Source of the DNA: Chara braunii
Taxonomy: Eukaryota > Plantae > Charophyceae
Length of the DNA stretch: 64,000 nt
Assembly: GCA_003427395.1 (NCBI GenBank)
Contig: BFEA01000007.1
Location: 4,145,565 to 4,209,564, forward strand
Reading direction: 5' to 3'
Below are positions 38,480-50,250 of the stretch, piece by piece. The stretch's first letter is position 1, and every line of letters starts with the position of its first letter. The translations under genes were made by a program, and so were the position numbers. The notes beneath the pieces are model-generated. The model did not search any database. It saw nothing but the letters and a program-made list of their open reading frames with translations, and was not told the DNA's origin.

Positions 38480-40500
38480 TTGGAGAAACATCTAAAGCCT
38501 AAGATGGTTACTTTTGCTTGAAAGAGAAGGGCCTTTGGACTACTGACAACTTTCTAAGACCAACTTTACCCCTTAGCATGTTCCCAAACAAACTTCCTGA
38601 CTCCATCACCAACCAAATTTCGTCTCTTACTATAGGTCTTTTTACTAAATTATCATGAATATAGGGGTTCGTTATCTCAGGAGAAATATCCTACATGACT
38701 TGGATCATATCCCTTTGAACCACTGCCACACCATTAGTCCATCCTTGAGGTACCACGCACATTTGAATAAGCCCCCTTGGCGTGTGCATAATATTCATTG
38801 GTCGAATAGTGGGATCAATGGCAAACTGATCGTAGCAAGAATATAAATCAATTAAAGAATAAATGCATCGACAAACAAAGGATTCAGAAAGGATATCAAC
38901 ATTAGGGAGAGTACTTGCATCATGTACCGTAAATGAGTTGAGCTTCCAAAGATTTTGTATCCATCTTAATTCACCTCCTGTTTTTTTCAAAAGCAAAACA
39001 AGTGATTATCATACGATCTATCAGCAGGCTTAACAACATTGAAAGCAATCTTTTGGTCGAGGTATTTTACCACCTCTGCCTCTTTTTTTTGGGCATAATT
39101 TGTTGGTCTGTGATTCCATGGGATATAAACAACTGTCCAGATTTTTGTCATGTTGATCATATCCACGTCCAATCGCCCTCTCTCTTCATCACTAAAAGAA
39201 AATACACCAGAAAACTTTTGACACACTTTGAAAATGTATTCCTTCTCTTTAGGCCAGATGAACTGATCTGGACCTATCTTCATAGTGTCAAATTTTTCCT
39301 TGGTGACTCTGTTTCCCAACCTTGTCGATTCCCTTCCTCCTTTCCTTTTCCAATGCTTCACCATAATCTTTCTCTATTAAAACGACCACCGGGTTCTTTT
39401 TCATTCATTGACTTGTACTTTTTTTTTTAACCTTGTGACTACTTCTTGAAAAAAAAAAATGTGTTGACGCAAACCGTAATTCCATTTTTCCATCTTCATC
39501 TTTGAGTTTACCAAGAGTTTTCATCATTTTCGAGACCCGATTAATGTCCCTTACAACCTCTATCTTAATTTATTGTTTGTTTTTCCTTCTTAGTTTTCTG
39601 GTCTTCTTTACAAACTCTTTCCTTTTGATTGAAGTAGTTGAGAGACCTGATTAATGTCTACCGAAACCTCTATATTAATCTATTTTTTATTTTTCCTTCT
39701 TAGTTTGTTGGATTTTCTCTACAGATTTCTCCCTTCTGATTGAATTAGTTGACAAACTGGTGCTTATGATTGTGGGAAATACAAACCATGAAGGTCTGTT
39801 TCTAGGCAATTTTCGGATCCTACAGGCCGATCCAAGTTGACCCTTCATGACTAAAGAATTAGACAACTTTCGTCCTATGCAAGAATCGAGTGCCGAGGAT
39901 AAAATCATGATCCAAATTTGACACCACAAACCTTAATAGTTCGACAAACATCGTTCCAACCCTGATTGGCGAATTATCAATATAAGCGGCGAAGAAGAGA
40001 GTTCCAACAATATTGCTCAACAAGCTCATTGGTGGTTTATCCATGGTTAGGTCACAAACTTTCATATAGTCCTCTGGGAGAGAATAATCGTTTCTGCCCC
40101 ATAATCTACTAAAGCTCGGATCTTCACTTGATGGATATATATAGTCAAATGTTCACAACCCATGGTCGCAAATCTCACCTTACAACCAGACAGTGATCTG
40201 TTCACTTGACTGGGGAAAACTGATTCTAAGTAATTAACTTCCACATTTTTCTTTTCAATCAACTTCTTAAGTTCCTCTCTTAACTGCTAAGGCTATTGTC
40301 TCTTTCAAAGATAAGGTTACCTCTGTTTCCTCCAACATCTTTGTAATTACATCAGTGATTACTGTTTCATCTTCCAATTCACTTTTGAGAATGAACCTTT
40401 TCTTCTTCCCTTGTTCATTCTTTCGTGATGAAGGGTTTTGTCCCTGATCATCAATGTGATTCAAGGTCTCTTCAACTTTCCTTCTCTTCTTTTCCTCTCG
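38480..40500 (-). pseudogene. Ty3/gypsy protease and reverse transcriptase remnants
   Basis: IRALVDYGAETII and DFILGTRFL (aspartic protease); ELRWIQNL..LN, YSLIDLYSCYDQF, VPQGWTNGVAVVQ, PYIHD (RT); many stops and frameshifts. Confidence 0.88.
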
Positions 40501-40582
40501 ATCATCCTAGGTGTCAAATTTGCTTGAAGGTTTCTTACTTCTCCAACCACTATATTAGGTTCCATGATGACTTCTCGAGGTT

Positions 40583-41595
40583 AGTGGTTCAGGAACTGAT
40601 GGAAGGTGCCACAACATAGGAAGAAGTCGATGAAAGAATGAAGAGAAAATATGACCAAGGATCTCCTCAATATCAGAAGAGCTAAGTATGATACTTTCAA
40701 TGTTTTCCTCCAGACATTTATCCGAACAACCCAGAAGAACTCCATGTTTAAACGAGGCTTAAAGATGTCATATTTTTCTGACTAACTTCATTGACAATGA
40801 AGGACAGACAGTTCAGAATCATGCTCAACATTATCCTCTCAAATGGGATGAAATGGTTGCAATAGTAAAAACTCTACCAACAGTCCCACATAAGAAATGG
40901 TCGATGGATCAAATCAGTACTTTGGCTAAAGAATGGGAGATAGAGAATGGTCTGAACAGAGGAAACAATCTGAGCACTTAGAATATTGTTCAATGAATTA
41001 TGGCCAATTATATGCTTGCTAATAATTGTCTATGGGAAATAATTGTCTATGAGAAAGGAAAAAATGAAGGTCGAAAGTGAGGATGATGATGACGATGACG
41101 ACGACCATGGGAAAAAATGAGACTTTTCAAGACACGAGAACAATAGAGGGAATGGTGGAAAAGGAAACAGAGAGAAGGAAGTATGATGATCGTCCGAGGA
41201 AGAACTTCGTCTATTACTACTGTGGTAAAGGGGTTCATACCACAACCTATTATAAACCTGTGGAAGAAGATGTGACGAGTGGGGCAACCAAGAAGGATGT
41301 GATTGGTCATGTCTGTGACAGTTCATGGAATAAATCGGTTCTCAAGCATTCAACAGGTACGAGACTTCTTGCTTTTAAACATGAAGAAAAGATGAAGGAA
41401 AAAAAAAAAAAACCTAATGTAAATGTTCATTTTCTTATTGGTGAGCTGCCTGAAGAACTTGTGCAAAAGTCTGATGATCCTTCCACTATGATCAAATTGC
41501 CTTTGCAAGCTTTGACGCTAGTGGAGGATTTGTCTGATGAGGCCTCCTCTGGGTAGTAGACTTTCCATCTAGTGAGCTCACTTGTTCAACCAATA
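40583..41595 (+). pseudogene. Inverted gag segment with a degenerate zinc knuckle
   Basis: + strand ELMEGATT*EEVDERMKRKY and YYYCGKGVHTTTY (decayed CX2CX4HX4C), embedded in a - strand element. Confidence 0.65.
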
Positions 41596-44383
41596 TGAGT
41601 CGCAGTATGATAGAAGGTGTTTGCGTCGCTGTTTGTGTGTCCAGCCATAACTGAGTCCAAATAACTCATATTCATCCAATAAATCATTTACTTGAGGCCC
41701 TCTGAAGAATTCTTTCCTCTGGTCTCTTTGCTCTTGCAATATCCAATCCTCCTTTTATAGTATCAACTCTCTCGACCAACTCCCGTATGGCACCCACCAG
41801 GCTCTCTTCATGAGTCTCTGCAAAAGAGCTAGGCCTTGAACTAGGTCTCCCTCGCTCAGATATGTTTACCATAAACTTTCTTGATATTCCCTTTTTTTCT
41901 CTTCTTATCACTTTCGACCTCTTCCTTCTTACTCTCAATCCCTTACTATTCTCGTAAGAGATACAAACTCGTCTTTCTCCTCTCTTGTTTATTCTACCCC
42001 TTGGGAATTTTGTATGTAGAGATTATATGCAATAATAGTCTGAGTAGAGAGCAAGGGCAAGACGATTTTCCTTAATCTCCTAATATAATCTTCAATCAAT
42101 TCCCTCTCGTCGTTCCTACTTAGCCTTTTGTTATAACCTTTCGCAGTACCCCGGATTATAAAGTACCTTGTAAGTCTATAATCTCATAATCAAATTGCAT
42201 TGCTTATAGACCACTGCTGACCCTTATGGCAAGAGAGACTCGTTCTTTGGAGAAGTGGTAGGACACTCTTTCAGCAATCCCTACTCTCATTACTATCAAC
42301 AAATAATTTGTCTCAGTCTGATCAGTAACAACTCTCAAGGCAGTGTTTGTCATCCGATCAAGAAAGGGTTGCAAGAACTCGAGCTCATTCAAAGTGGAGA
42401 GATTTTTGTCTAAGATCCGGAGAGTACCTTCTGTTTTGACTACCCTTTGTTCCAATATAACCCCAAAAGTAAGTTGTTGAACCGAACCAGGCATTATTAA
42501 TCATTATAGACAATGTTAGGAAATGTAGATCTCAAAATGAGTATAGTCAGGGATCTCAAAGGTATTTAGAAGTTAAGACTTTATCACCACAATGAAATCA
42601 CTTTCCCTTGCCTTACCTACTGCGGCAATGGCTTTCAATAGAGGCATCCAGTCTCTTAAGTCATTAAAGCCATTAGTAGTTGAGAAGCTAGGGAGTCTTT
42701 CAAATTGCCTCACTCCCTTTACTCAAGTTACCTCCCTTTGTAACTTGTGAAGCCGCTCTTTTGTTCTTATAAGACTGATGTAAGCCCCTCTCTGACATTT
42801 CAGATAATCAATCTCCTCTTCGTAGCATGTTGGAGCGTAAATTCTCACGTCCAGGTTCTCAGTATTTAGGAACTTGACCACTGGAATGCGAAATATTATG
42901 TGATCCTTTCAGCAAGTCTCGTGTCTCAAAATTATGAACGGGTTATCAGACCCAGTCACTTCATATAATCTGCCTTTCACAACCGAAATTCTTGCTACTG
43001 ACAATGTTCTTCTTGAGATCTCTTCACCTTCCATACAAAATCTACCATAACTACTCAATTGTTGGTTTCCTTTACGGAAAGTCCTTCAGTATTCTTGCTA
43101 TTGACAATGTTCTTCTTGAGAACTCTTCACCTTCCATACAAAATCCTCCATAACTGCCCAATTGCCGGTTTCCTTTATGGAAAGTCCTTCAGTTCTCATG
43201 GTTGTCCCTTCATTTCTTTTTTCTCAGTACCATGTTGCTTATTGGCAGCCAATTACTTCCATCACAATAGCTGTTAGGAATAGGAGGAATACGAACTGTC
43301 TCATAGGTCATTGACGTTAGTCCCCACTCCACTTTCTTCCTTTGTTTGTTTAATTCCGCTTTCTCATCGTAGATAGATTGAACATCAATTTCCTACAGCC
43401 AATTAAAAGCCTCACCATCATTGCAGCACCCATTATCACTCGTTCCTCCTGAGTGGCTAGAAATAGTTTCCTTTGTTGGTTCACTCAGATAACTCTGTCC
43501 AGGTAACGTCCTTCGTTTGTTAGACGACCACCCACGGAGCTCGTCTCACTTAATCATGACAAAAGATAAGACGACTGTTGGCACAAGACGCATATCCCAC
43601 TACGGAGTCGGAGGCTTCGTTCCCATAGAAGCACGCGCAAAAACTCTCGAGAGGATCACGTCAACTGCCGGAGCGACACCAATCATATCTCTGTATGTTT
43701 TTTCTAACTTTGCCCATTGCATGGTTGTCGTCTCTCCGCCCCTTTCTCCCTCTCTCTCTGATTGTGATCGACCTCGCCAGTGACTGCCTAACGTTCCTCG
43801 TCCCCTCTTGAGTTGGCCTCTGGGCTGTTCTCTACAGGCTCAAGTGGCGGGTGGTCGCTTCACCACTGGTCCAACCCGTGCTAGGATAAAGTCTCCGCCC
43901 CGCCGAGGTCACTCTCTCCCTTTGAGTCTCGGTCCGGATGTTGCTGCTCGCGTTCTGCCGTATCGGTGGAGGTTTCCACCTCATGATACGCAATTGTTAC
44001 CCGTACTGTAGCCGTGACCCCATCCCTTACGCATCTCTGCTTAGCCCGATTCTTGGCTTCTGTGACTGCCGCCTGCGATTTCGGGTCCCCTCCAATTTAT
44101 TCCTCTCTCACCCCTTCCATGCTAATCTTCAACTTGGCCTCATCTGCCCCGTTGTAATTGAGAATAGTGGTAATCCAAGGGCCCTCCCCGAACATCGAGG
44201 ACCAGCGTGTTATGAGGTTCCAACAGTTTGGCCTATAGTCTTGTAGCTCGTTCCTGCAGGCCATAGCAGGACACTTTCAGAATAGCCGAAGTTTGGTGTC
44301 AGGTGCTCGCGCACACAGACACGGCCTTACACTTCGTCCTTAGATTACCCATGTTAGCACATCGAGGTTGCCTGGGTGTGCCT
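41596..44383 (-). mobile_element. 5' internal region/gag N-terminal part of the minus-strand Ty3/gypsy element; includes repeat copy 2 (43432-44383)
   Basis: GPQVNDLLDEYELFG..W gag-like motif at ~41700-41640; decayed ORFs; internal ~102 bp tandem duplication at 42989-43192. Confidence 0.6.
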
Positions 44384-45350
44384 ACTAACCAGTAGCCAAC
44401 AATTAGACTCTCTCACCTTTTGTGGGCTCTCATAGTACCACGATCCCCGTGTCATGAATGAGGGATTCTAATAGCCTTTTTAAATTTTACTTATTAGTAA
44501 TTAAAATTGAAGAAACAATAAAATAAATGAGAAAAATAGAAGGCAAAACTTCAACGGTCATAGCACAAGCAAACCTGACGCGGTAGTCCCATAACGGGAT
44601 ACAAACGGACACCTTCCTTCCTTTAAAGGAGGTCATCAGACTACCCCTGATGGGTAGTCCTATCCGATGGTAAGTAGGGGGCTTATGACCCCTCACGGGG
44701 TGACAAGCCTCCTACCAAGGCGGTCGCGGGTGCCCCTTTTTGGGGTCTTACGACGCAACGTCTAGCAAGCTGCGCCTGCGTTAAATGGAACGTGAAAGGC
44801 CTAACCAGTCTAGGCCGCCCACTCGTATTCTGGGTTCAAGAACTAATCGTTCCTCCCCCCCTCGTGAAGCAACAAAAAGGGCTATGTAACAGTTTGAACG
44901 TGCTGAACGCGCGCGTTCAAATGGGCGAGGGACGCGTTCAAACACGTTGCGCGCCACGTGGCCGTTTTTTTTGAACGCGACCCACCCAGCGTGGTGAGCA
45001 CATGGCAAACTACAGGTGGGTGGCAGTGTATATTTCCATGTTTTAGCGGTAGATTCATCCGATTTTGGTCATCGGATCGATGGAAGTACCATGAGCTTGG
45101 CTTCGCGGTTGGAGACTTACCTGCTNNNNNNNNNNNNNNNNNNNNNNNNNNNNNNNNNNNNNNNNNNNNNNNNNNNNNNNNNNNNNNNNNNNNNNNNNNN
45201 NNNNNNNNNNNNNNNNNNNNNNNNNNNNNNNNNNNNNNNNNNNNNNNNNNNNNNNNNNNNNNNNNNNNNNNNNNNNNNNNNNNNNNNNNNNNNNNNNNNN
45301 NNNNNNNNNNNNNNNNNNNNNNNNNNNNNNNNNNNNNNNNNNNNNNNNNN

Positions 45351-45404
<54 letters not shown>

Positions 45405-45550
45405 AACAAAAAAGAAAAAAGAAAAAAAAGTGTGGTAGTGTATATTTCCACATCTAGTGGAAGATGCATTCGATTTTGCTCATCCAAGTGATGGATGTAG
45501 CGTGAGGCCAGCTGCTACCGCTCTCGCATGTCGCTGCATTCCAACGCACT

Positions 45551-45608
<58 letters not shown>

Positions 45609-45760
45609 CTTACTCTCTCTCTCTCTCTCTCGCTCTCTCTCTCTCTCCGCCACGTTCGAGCGGACAGGGCCAGCGCGTGAACCAGTGTTCAGTGCCGCTC
45701 AAACGACCTTCGTGCTCTTTTTTAAGCGAAGCACTGCAGGGCGTTCGAGCGGCCCTCAAT

Positions 45761-45808
<48 letters not shown>

Positions 45809-46042
45809 CTACAACACCCTCGGGGCACACCCTACCCGCGCTCAGGAGGGTTATAGGGACCCGCCACCCCGACGCAGCGACCCCGACGGGCCTCCCCTGC
45901 ACGGGTGACGCTCTGCACGTTTGCATTCAGAGCGTTCACCCCCGTTCATTGAACGCGCGTTCAACTCGCGCGCGTTCAATAACTGAAAGCGGAACGCGCG
46001 TTGATGGCTACACAGAAAGGGAGGGAGGTTTCATAAGGCAAC

Positions 46043-46081
<39 letters not shown>

Positions 46082-47745
46082 GTAATAATAATAATAGCAA
46101 AGACAAGAAAGAAATAAGAAGAAACATAGCTTTACTATAGCCCGACGCCACTAGATAATTTGAGCGGAAGTGGTGGTTCGAATCAAGGTGCAAATACCGC
46201 ATGCGACTTTTCTAGCTTTTTTGTCTTTTCTTTTTATGTCCTCGGTTTCTTCTTATCGTAACTCGTTTTACGCATCCCATAACACGGCTAGGGAGTACTC
46301 AGCGCTCAGTAGAAATGATCGTGCAGGTCCTTCTACTTCCGCGTCCCTGAGCGAACCCGATGGCTACTGCGGCAACAGTCCGGTTGTGCTCTGCTGTACA
46401 GCAGGGCGCCAAACTTGCATGGACGAATGAAAAGTCCAGTGACGCACGCAACCCTTTTGCCAGAGCATGTGCCGACTTGATCCGTTCATATGCTAAGTAC
46501 AAGCCCGTAGAACGCTATGGGGATCCATAGGCAGGAAGCTTGGAGCACCACAACGGGGTCTCTTGATCAAGCGACTAGTACGCAGCAGGGTACATGAACG
46601 AGCGCGTGGTACGCAGCAGAGGGTCGGGACGCCGCACCCTTCGACAACGGGTCTATGATCCATAGTCCACCCTTGGACTTTGGTTGCACTATCGGTTTCA
46701 TGCCACCCTGCTGATTACATGTTGTTGCTCGCAGTTATCCCTCCATGAGAACGCTTCCACTTGTCTCTTGAGCGAGTGGAATGTTTTTTTTGCTCACCGC
46801 CTATATGATTGATAATGAGGGATCAATATATTAGGGAGGTGTGCTTGTCCTTCCATTGGGCGATCCATTCGTTGTTGGAAGGTGGCCTACCTTCTACCGT
46901 CATCGTTACCGCTAAAACTTGGATGGGGGGTTTTGTTTTCCCATTTTAAACCACTCTCCCCCCGCCGGCCTAAATTTGTCGTTCCTGGCCTTACGTACCG
47001 CGACCAGTAGGTGCAGGCGGATCCAATCTGGCAATTTTCAAGTGCCAACTTTGATGATTTTTTGCGCTTGGAAGAAGTAACTAAAAAATCTGAAAATTTT
47101 GGATCTTGTAAATTAGATTGTCATCTTTCACAAAAAAAAAAATCAGGAAAGAAATGAAAAATTGTACCATGAAATAAATGTCGTGTTGATTCCTCACATT
47201 TTTCATTTTTGCCTTTCTACCACGTGAGGGCCAACAGGAAAAGTACCCCAACTTCCACAATTTTTTGCACTAAAAAAAATGACTCGTAAAATGTGAAATT
47301 TGCAAGGTCTGTGGATTTGTCGTGGTCTTGCCAGGAAAAGAAAAAAAAAAAAACCATGAAATAAATGTCGCGCCTTGGCTTTATTCCGTACTTCGTAGCG
47401 TCCTTGGCTTAAGTGTTTGGATACCTCAAGGCCGGGGATGCAGGTTCCTTGTGAACCAGGCCTCTATGTCGGCCACCAAATAAATTTAAGAATGATTATC
47501 TCAATGTTTTCATTTTACAGTTGACATTAACTTCTTATTGTTTTAAAGTCTGAATATTACCTCAACTTCTATAGCAAAAAAGTTACCTCATCTCTCATCC
47601 TTCATGGTAACCTTAGGGATATTGTCAATCCGGTGTTTGGACATGTGGACACTCGCTGTCAGCAGTATTGGGGGCAAGGCATAGCAAACCCCTTTTCTTA
47701 TTCTCTGGCCTGAGTGAGATGTCTTCTCAACTTCTTAGGTAGCTA

Positions 47746-48897
47746 GAGGGGATACCAAACCCTGCTCTCTTTCTGTGATCTGAGCGAGGCATCTAACCCC
47801 ATTATTTTTCTCTGGTCCGAGAACTTTCGATGAACCTGGGATGAGCCCTGCAAAACAGCAAGTTCCACAAACCACCAAGCAATGAACCCAACATGCAAAT
47901 TCCTTGACAAGCAACAATCAAGCAGCAATTACGTAGAATAAATAAACTAAAAAACCCATAATAAAATAATAAATAATATAAATAGTTCTTCACACCCGAG
48001 AGTTGTTCATTGCCGTGGTTTTAGCCCACCACCAGCCAGGGGTGGCAGACCTCTTGTCAGCCAACCCTCATTCGGCTCGCCTCGGGCCAGGACTAATGAG
48101 ACCATTTGTCTTGGCAGCCCCTTTAACTTGTCTCCAGGCCAGGACCACCATACCCACTACTCGAGTATGGTGACCCTTTGGCACGCCTCACCCCAAGACA
48201 CCCAGACTATAGCGGGTTTGGTCACCCTATGACAATAGAACTACCGTCAGTCCAACTTTCCTTCACCCAGATTTGACCATTGCCGTCGGGGACCAGCTCG
48301 CCCACCAGTTTATGGCCTAGGACGCTGGCTGCAAAGGGGATACCAAACCGTTTGATTTGTCTCTGGTCCGGGAACTTCAGATGAATCTGCATGAGCCCTT
48401 GCAAAAGAGCCAGTTCCACAAATCACCAAGCAATGATCCCAACATGCACATTCCCTGACAAGCAATAATCAACTTGAATCAAGCAGCAATTACGTAGAAT
48501 AAAGAAAATTAAAAACCCATAAATAAATAATAAATAATATAAACAGTTCTTCACACCCAAGAGTTGTTCATTGCCTTGGTTTTAGCCCACCACTGACCAG
48601 GGGTGGCAAACCTCCCATCAACCTAATAACCCTCATTCGGCCTGCCTCGGGCCAGGACTAATGAGACCATTTGTCTTGACAGCCCCTTTAACCTGCCTCC
48701 AGGTAAGGACCACCATACCCACTGCTCGAGTATGGTGACCCTTTGGCGCGCCTCACGCCAAGACACCCAGACTATAGCGGGTCTGGTTACCCTATGACAT
48801 TGGACCTTCCGTCAGTCCAACTGTCGTTTACCCGGAGCTTACTACTGCGGTCGGGGACCGGTTCACCCACCAGTTTATGGCCTAGGATGCTGGCTGC
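47746..48897. repeat. Tandem duplication, 2 x ~575 bp
   Basis: AGGGGATACCAAAC start and CCCACCAGTTTATGGCCTAGGA.GCTGGCTGC end in both copies. Confidence 0.92.
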
Positions 48898-49823
48898 CCC
48901 GCCCAGGTTTTGAACGTAGGACCCGATCTAACTACAATTAGGGCTCTAACGAACCCACTTGATTACAACCTCTGATTGCAGTAGGGTTCTTGTTAAAATA
49001 AAGTTAAAAATATTATTTTTATTTATTTTTTTATTTTATTTTTGCCTGGCCGGGCAAGTGGTCCCGGGCCACTATGGTAGCCTAGTCGTGGAGGCAATTT
49101 GTTGAATGTTCCATTTTCGCCACTTTGCCAGTTTTCCACAATGTGATACCAGTACCCTCATGAATGTGTGCTACCGGTCCCCTTAATTTAAGTAGTGGTG
49201 GTTTAAGCCTGACTTGTCACCAGTCCAGAAAGTGGACACCAAATAAACCAACAACAAAAAAAAAGTAAAAAGAGAAACCAAATGGATCTGAAACCCCAAG
49301 GCAAAACTGTGCTTTCGCTAGGCTGTTTTCTCGGGCACCCATCTTATGCTCGAGTACACGCCCGGGTGCCTGGTCGGGCGTGAACCTCGGGCATGGTTCC
49401 TTGCAGCCCCAACGAAAAATAAAAATAAAAAAGAAAAATAAAAAATTCTAGAAAAAAATATGTTGTGCAAAATTGCAATACAAACGACTTTTGGTTGAGG
49501 GTCACATTAGAATTCCTCACAGAATCAGAGATGGAAAAAGAAAATAACATAATCACAGTAAGGCACCCCCCTTTAAACCTTTTTAGCCTCTTTAAAACCA
49601 AGTTATACCAATGTCCTCCCCCCTTAACAACCAACTTGCAAAAACAAATATAAGCTCGGATTTGGGGTCCTCTGGGGGAGTGCAAAAAACCATCTTTCAA
49701 ATGTTTTTATTTTGTTTATTGCACGCCCTGGTACCCCGGGTGTCAGACTCCCCCGCGCATCATGCTAGGGGGAAGAAGGCTAAGGAGCGGAAGCCATTGC
49801 GGGGTATCATCCGTGAATCTGCC

Positions 49824-49905
49824 CGGTTGGGACTCAAAAGATGGTGAACCGTGCCTGGGCGCAGTGGGTCAGGGGCGTTGTGGAAAGGCCTGCAACAGTA
49901 TCGGT
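49824..49905 (+). pseudogene. Short degenerate 25S/28S rRNA fragment (sense)
   Basis: GGGACTCAAAAGATGGTGAACCGTGCCTG versus conserved LSU GGGACCCGAAAGATGGTGAACTATGCCTG. Confidence 0.6.
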
Positions 49906-50250
49906 TGTGCCCAAGCCGCTCACATGGAACCGTTCTCCACTCCGATCCTCTAAGCTCTCATTTGAATATTTGCTACTATCACCGAGATGTGCGTTCCGAC
50001 CCGCTCCACCCGGGCTCACGCAGGAGGCTTCACAGCAGGCCCCACACCCTCGTACTCATCGAGGCGTCAGAATATCCACGACGGCGGAGTATAGGTTGCG
50101 CACTTCAACGCAATCCGTTTTTCGAGGCTGTTTGATTCGGCAGGCGAGTTGTTACACGCTCCTTAGTGGATTTCGACATCCACGATCACCGTCCCACTGT
50201 TTGTATTAATCAACACCCTTTGTGGTGTCTGAGTTAGCGTGCAGTTTGCC
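49906..50250 (-). pseudogene. Degenerate 25S/28S rRNA fragment (antisense on +)
   Basis: Colinear with reverse-complement LSU: CACATGGAACC, TCTCATTTGAATATTTGCTACTA (LR7 primer region), TTGATTCGGCAGG.GAGTTGTTACAC.CTCCTTAG, CAACACCCTTTGTGG. Confidence 0.9.

Noticed and set aside
44674-44716. Twister-like GGTGACAAGCC
   Set aside because: The sequence folds as a simple ~20 bp hairpin; no TAA cleavage motif or pseudoknot partners in the right positions
49906-50250. Functional rRNA gene
   Set aside because: Only ~345 bp, with many substitutions in universally conserved positions and no rDNA unit context
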